From: Promethearchaeota archaeon
GTDB taxonomy: Archaea; Asgardarchaeota; Heimdallarchaeia; Hodarchaeales; Hodarchaeaceae
NCBI GenBank assembly: GCA_048938105.1
Contig: JBHLMN010000005.1
Span: 207,036 to 239,035, forward strand
Direction: 5' to 3'
DNA: 32,000 nucleotides
Shown here: piece after piece, positions 29,086-32,000 of the stretch
How the letters are laid out: every line of letters starts with the position of its first letter
How positions within the stretch are numbered: the stretch's first letter is position 1
Program-made: the position numbers and the translations under genes
Notes under the pieces: model-generated
Databases searched by the model: none
What the model was told of the DNA's origin: nothing
Seen by the model: the letters and a program-made list of their open reading frames with translations, nothing else

Positions 29086-29292
29086 TTAGATTGGTGGTTT
29101 TGAATCTTTTCGAGACTCAGTTGCGGGTTTTCCCTCAATACCCCAATGAGCTTTAGGGATTTCGTGAATAATGACTTCAACGGCATGAGAGGGAATTCCA
29201 ATTTTTACGAAGACATTCGTAATACCTTCAATTATTTCCTTAATTCTCTCTTCAGAGAATCCTTTCCAAATATGGACATGGATAATAGGCAC
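29086..29292 (-). CDS. 4-oxalocrotonate tautomerase family protein
   Basis: MPIIHVHIWKGFSEERIKEIIEGITNVFVKIGIPSHAVEVIIHEIPKAHWGIEGKPA; catalytic Pro after Met. Confidence 0.9.
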   Translation of the reverse strand: MPIIHVHIWKGFSEERIKEIIEGITNVFVKIGIPSHAVEVIIHEIPKAHWGIEGKPATESRKDSKPPI

Positions 29293-29441
29293 ATTACATC
29301 ACCTCATCAAATTTGTTATTCGTTATTGATCTAAGATTCTTTTGTTTTTGCTTTATCTTTTTTGATTTCAATAATATTTAAGACTTTAGACCTTATCAGG
29401 AACAAAGAGACAAACAATGATTGAAAAATTATTTTTATTTG

Positions 29442-29469
29442 CCAACTTCGCAAAAGGCTGGATTAACAC
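29442..29469 (+). repeat. Dispersed 28-nt motif, copy C
   Basis: CCAACTTCGCAAAAGGCTGGATTAACAC. Confidence 0.6.
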
Positions 29470-29943
29470 TTTAAAAATCTTATAACACTAAATTTTGTTG
29501 GTTACATCTAATACTGTTCCCTTCATTATGGACAAATATTCCTAACGGAATATCAATCAATAGATGTCAACCCCCAAATTTAATATGTAAAATGCCAGTA
29601 CTCCAATCCAACTTATATACGAAAAGACGGATAACCATTCAATGAAGGGAATAATTGCATCAACAAATAAGATCCCTAGAAAAAATCCCAGAGAATGAGT
29701 TTGATAGTTATTTTAGCACATTAAAAATCCCCTATTAACAATTCTTTTTTATAGACAAAGAATCTCTCTCTACAGTTAATTCTAGGCACAAAGAAATCAA
29801 GGAACTATTATTCAAATCGCATGAAAAACATAAAACAATGGTAGATATAATTAGAAATTCGACTCATCTGGCCATTTTTGGAGCATTTCCGATGGATTGA
29901 GAAAATAATGTAAGAATCCCCCAAATATACACAACAACATCAA

Positions 29944-30894
29944 TCAGATTGCCCAATTATCTGTTGCATTTTTATAATTAGGATCATCCCAATTATTTGT
30001 GGCAGGAAAATTGACATAAGAAGGAAAAGGCGGCCAATCCGATTTGGGATTGAAATCAGTTCGTATGATCTTTCCTTTGTTCCAAAAAGAATGAAACTCA
30101 TCTGAATAATAACCTGTAACAAACATTGATTCTCGCTCTAATGAAGGATAATAACTCTCTTTTTCACGGTCATCTTGATTAAACGCAACAAAACATAATG
30201 GCTTGATGAGCTGCCCCTCAATCTCTCCTGTTTGATAGGTTTGACGAGTATGCATAAGAGAAATCCCATAATCATCTACAATTGGTAATAATTCTTCAAT
30301 TATGTCAGGAAACACATGAAAACTCATAAGAACTATAATAATCCTTCCTCTTAATTCACCAATTGTTGGCCAAGTGCTTCCAGACACACCGTATTGTTCT
30401 AGATATTCTTCCTTGGTATAAAGCTTTTCCCGCCTTCTGGGCTGTTTTCTCAATTCAAGTGCGTTGGCTATTTGCTCATTAAATCGAATAAGGCCGTATC
30501 TTGTGTGAGGACGATTATTTCTACCTTGGAGATCCCTTTTTATATCCAAAAAAATAGTGATAGGTACATGATTTGGTTTGCTTTTTGACCAGTTATATAT
30601 TACTTCTAACCAATCTTGAAAATTATTATTCCGTGGATTGCCAGGAGCTTTATGATTTACTTCATGTCCAGGGGTCCAATGTCCGACCTTAAAGTTACCT
30701 TTACCACGAAAAAGTTTCAGAAGAGTTAAAAATCTCTTTATTCTCTCAAATAGCGTCCAACTATCATGAATGTCTAGCTCAAAGCCTCGGATTCCATAAT
30801 CAAGCTGACGTATTAATGACCACCGATAGGAATTATGGGTTGTCATAAAAATGCTTTTATTATAAGGTTGATTATCAGATATTCCATCAGTCAT
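29944..30894 (-). CDS. Phosphatidylinositol-specific phospholipase C X-domain-like protein
   Basis: FMTTHNSYRWSLIRQLDYGIRGFELDIHDSW...FKVGHWTPGHEV...PITIFLDIKRD...WPTIGELRGRIIIVL; no signal peptide. Confidence 0.8.
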   Translation of the reverse strand: MTDGISDNQPYNKSIFMTTHNSYRWSLIRQLDYGIRGFELDIHDSWTLFERIKRFLTLLKLFRGKGNFKVGHWTPGHEVNHKAPGNPRNNNFQDWLEVIYNWSKSKPNHVPITIFLDIKRDLQGRNNRPHTRYGLIRFNEQIANALELRKQPRRREKLYTKEEYLEQYGVSGSTWPTIGELRGRIIIVLMSFHVFPDIIEELLPIVDDYGISLMHTRQTYQTGEIEGQLIKPLCFVAFNQDDREKESYYPSLERESMFVTGYYSDEFHSFWNKGKIIRTDFNPKSDWPPFPSYVNFPATNNWDDPNYKNATDNWAI

Positions 30895-30997
30895 TAGTTT
30901 TCACCTTTAAATCTTAGGAATGGATGAAAGATAGATATAATACATTACATAGCACTTTATAATATCTTCGCTTATCTTATGAATAGACTTCTCCTTC

Positions 30998-31387
30998 TTA
31001 GCTGCCAACATAAGCAACAACATCAATTTGGATTAATATCCGATCATCTAAAAAATCAGTAATGAAAGTTGTTCGTACGGGAAAATCAGTTTTAAATTGG
31101 TTCCTGTAGATGCTAACCATCTTTCTGAAATCTTCTTTGTTCTTTATTAGAACTGTCGTTTTGATAACATCATCGAGAGATGCATCCGCATGAGCAAGAG
31201 ACTTTTTTAATTCTTTGAATGTATATTCTGTCTGGGATTCAATATCTGTAAGTAATTTCCCTTCTTCATCTACTATTGCACCATGATAACTCGTATAAAT
31301 GAAATTCCCTGCCTTAACATATGTACAATGGGTGAATCCAGTTTCTGGGTGTAAATTAACAAATTTTACTTCTCCTTTATCCGTCAT
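30998..31387 (-). CDS. RidA (YjgF/YER057c/UK114) family protein
   Basis: AGNFIYTSYHGAIVDEEGKLLTDIESQTEYTFKELKKSLAHADASLDDVIKTTVLIKNKEDF...FPVRTTF. Confidence 0.88.
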   Translation of the reverse strand: MTDKGEVKFVNLHPETGFTHCTYVKAGNFIYTSYHGAIVDEEGKLLTDIESQTEYTFKELKKSLAHADASLDDVIKTTVLIKNKEDFRKMVSIYRNQFKTDFPVRTTFITDFLDDRILIQIDVVAYVGS

Positions 31388-31473
31388 TTTTTGAATATCT
31401 CCTTCGTTTTTGATAGTATAACTATAATGTTGGTCATCACCTTGATAGAGCAGGTTTTATTAAACTAACGAAT

Positions 31474-31995
31474 TTATTTCATGATTACATCATTAAGTTC
31501 TTGAAGAAAGGAATCAAGAAATTGCTGCATCTCTGGTCTGGGTTGTGACTGAGTGATAGATGTCCCCAGTGGTTGAAATTGATATTTTTGTATTGATGTT
31601 TCTATAATAAGAAAGGGATAATATTCTGGCGTATGACCTAGCATATCCCATCGAATATTGGTGATTTGATACTTAGAAATAGTTTTAAAACGGTTGAATT
31701 TCCAGAACTCTCTTCCGACGTATATTTTATCATTCTTTACGATTATCACAAATCGAGAGAGAAGAATTACACAAACCAAGGTTGTAAATATAATCCCAAC
31801 TGTACTGACTCCTAAACCTAATGTAAAGGAAAAATTATGCTGAAAAGCTGAAATTAACTCTGTAATAAAGAAGAAAAAGAAGGCAATGACAATTATAGGA
31901 CTAACTATTCTTGGAACATAACTTTTGTTTATAGGAGAACTAACAACGATTTTCGTTTGACTTGAAGATTTCTTAGTTTCAAACGAGAACAACAT
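31474..31995 (-). CDS. Two-TM membrane protein with a possible bacterial-PH-like cytosolic domain
   Basis: Two hydrophobic segments followed by IVKNDKIYVGREFWKFNRFKTISKYQITNIRW...YPFLIIETSIQKYQFQPLG. Confidence 0.5.
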   Translation of the reverse strand: MLFSFETKKSSSQTKIVVSSPINKSYVPRIVSPIIVIAFFFFFITELISAFQHNFSFTLGLGVSTVGIIFTTLVCVILLSRFVIIVKNDKIYVGREFWKFNRFKTISKYQITNIRWDMLGHTPEYYPFLIIETSIQKYQFQPLGTSITQSQPRPEMQQFLDSFLQELNDVIMK

Positions 31996-32000
31996 GGGCC

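Noticed and set aside
29517-29651. TTCCCTTCATT / AATGAAGGGAA inverted repeat as a mobile-element end pair
   Set aside because: Only 11 nt, no transposase between the arms, no visible target duplication; could be chance.
1-32000. CRISPR arrays, tRNA or rRNA genes
   Set aside because: Scanning by eye found no regularly spaced short repeats, no cloverleaf with a recognisable GGTTCGAATCC-type arm, and no rRNA-like conserved blocks. A tRNAscan/Infernal run would be needed to exclude small RNAs.

Overview
AT-rich (roughly one-third G+C by eye) archaeal-looking window. The mix of a Ras/Rab-like small GTPase, an HTH-10 type regulator, a giant DUF2341/LamG surface protein and a PI-PLC-like protein suggests an Asgard-type archaeon; this taxonomic call is inference. 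It looks like ordinary chromosomal sequence with long, partly decayed intergenic regions. Supported genes: Cys-rich conserved hypothetical, secreted HExxH metalloprotease, EamA/DMT transporter, HTH-10 regulator, non-pyrrolysine MttB-superfamily methyltransferase, soluble PAS histidine kinase, small GTPase, SAM methyltransferase, PAP2 phosphatase, MscL, membrane-anchored SF2 helicase, surface protein with a cytosolic zinc ribbon, 1420-aa surface protein, B12/radical-SAM protein, MFS transporter, a protein with a clear SAVED-like C-terminal region, 4-OT tautomerase, PI-PLC X-like protein and RidA. I also found several small ORFs missed by the supplied track. The best leads are: (1) the orphan SAVED-domain protein (27074-28300) with an uncharacterised, possibly winged-helix N-terminus and no CD-NTase or cas gene in view; (2) the 926-aa SF2 helicase with a large inter-motif insertion and a C-terminal transmembrane module; (3) a beta-propeller nested inside a DUF2341 domain; (4) two near-identical palindromes upstream of the regulator and transporter genes; (5) a 3-copy dispersed 28-nt motif that reads VLIQPFxxL on the minus strand, plus an 82-nt imperfect direct repeat from a decayed gene; (6) two highly charged micro-ORFs. 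No CRISPR array, rRNA or tRNA was recognised.
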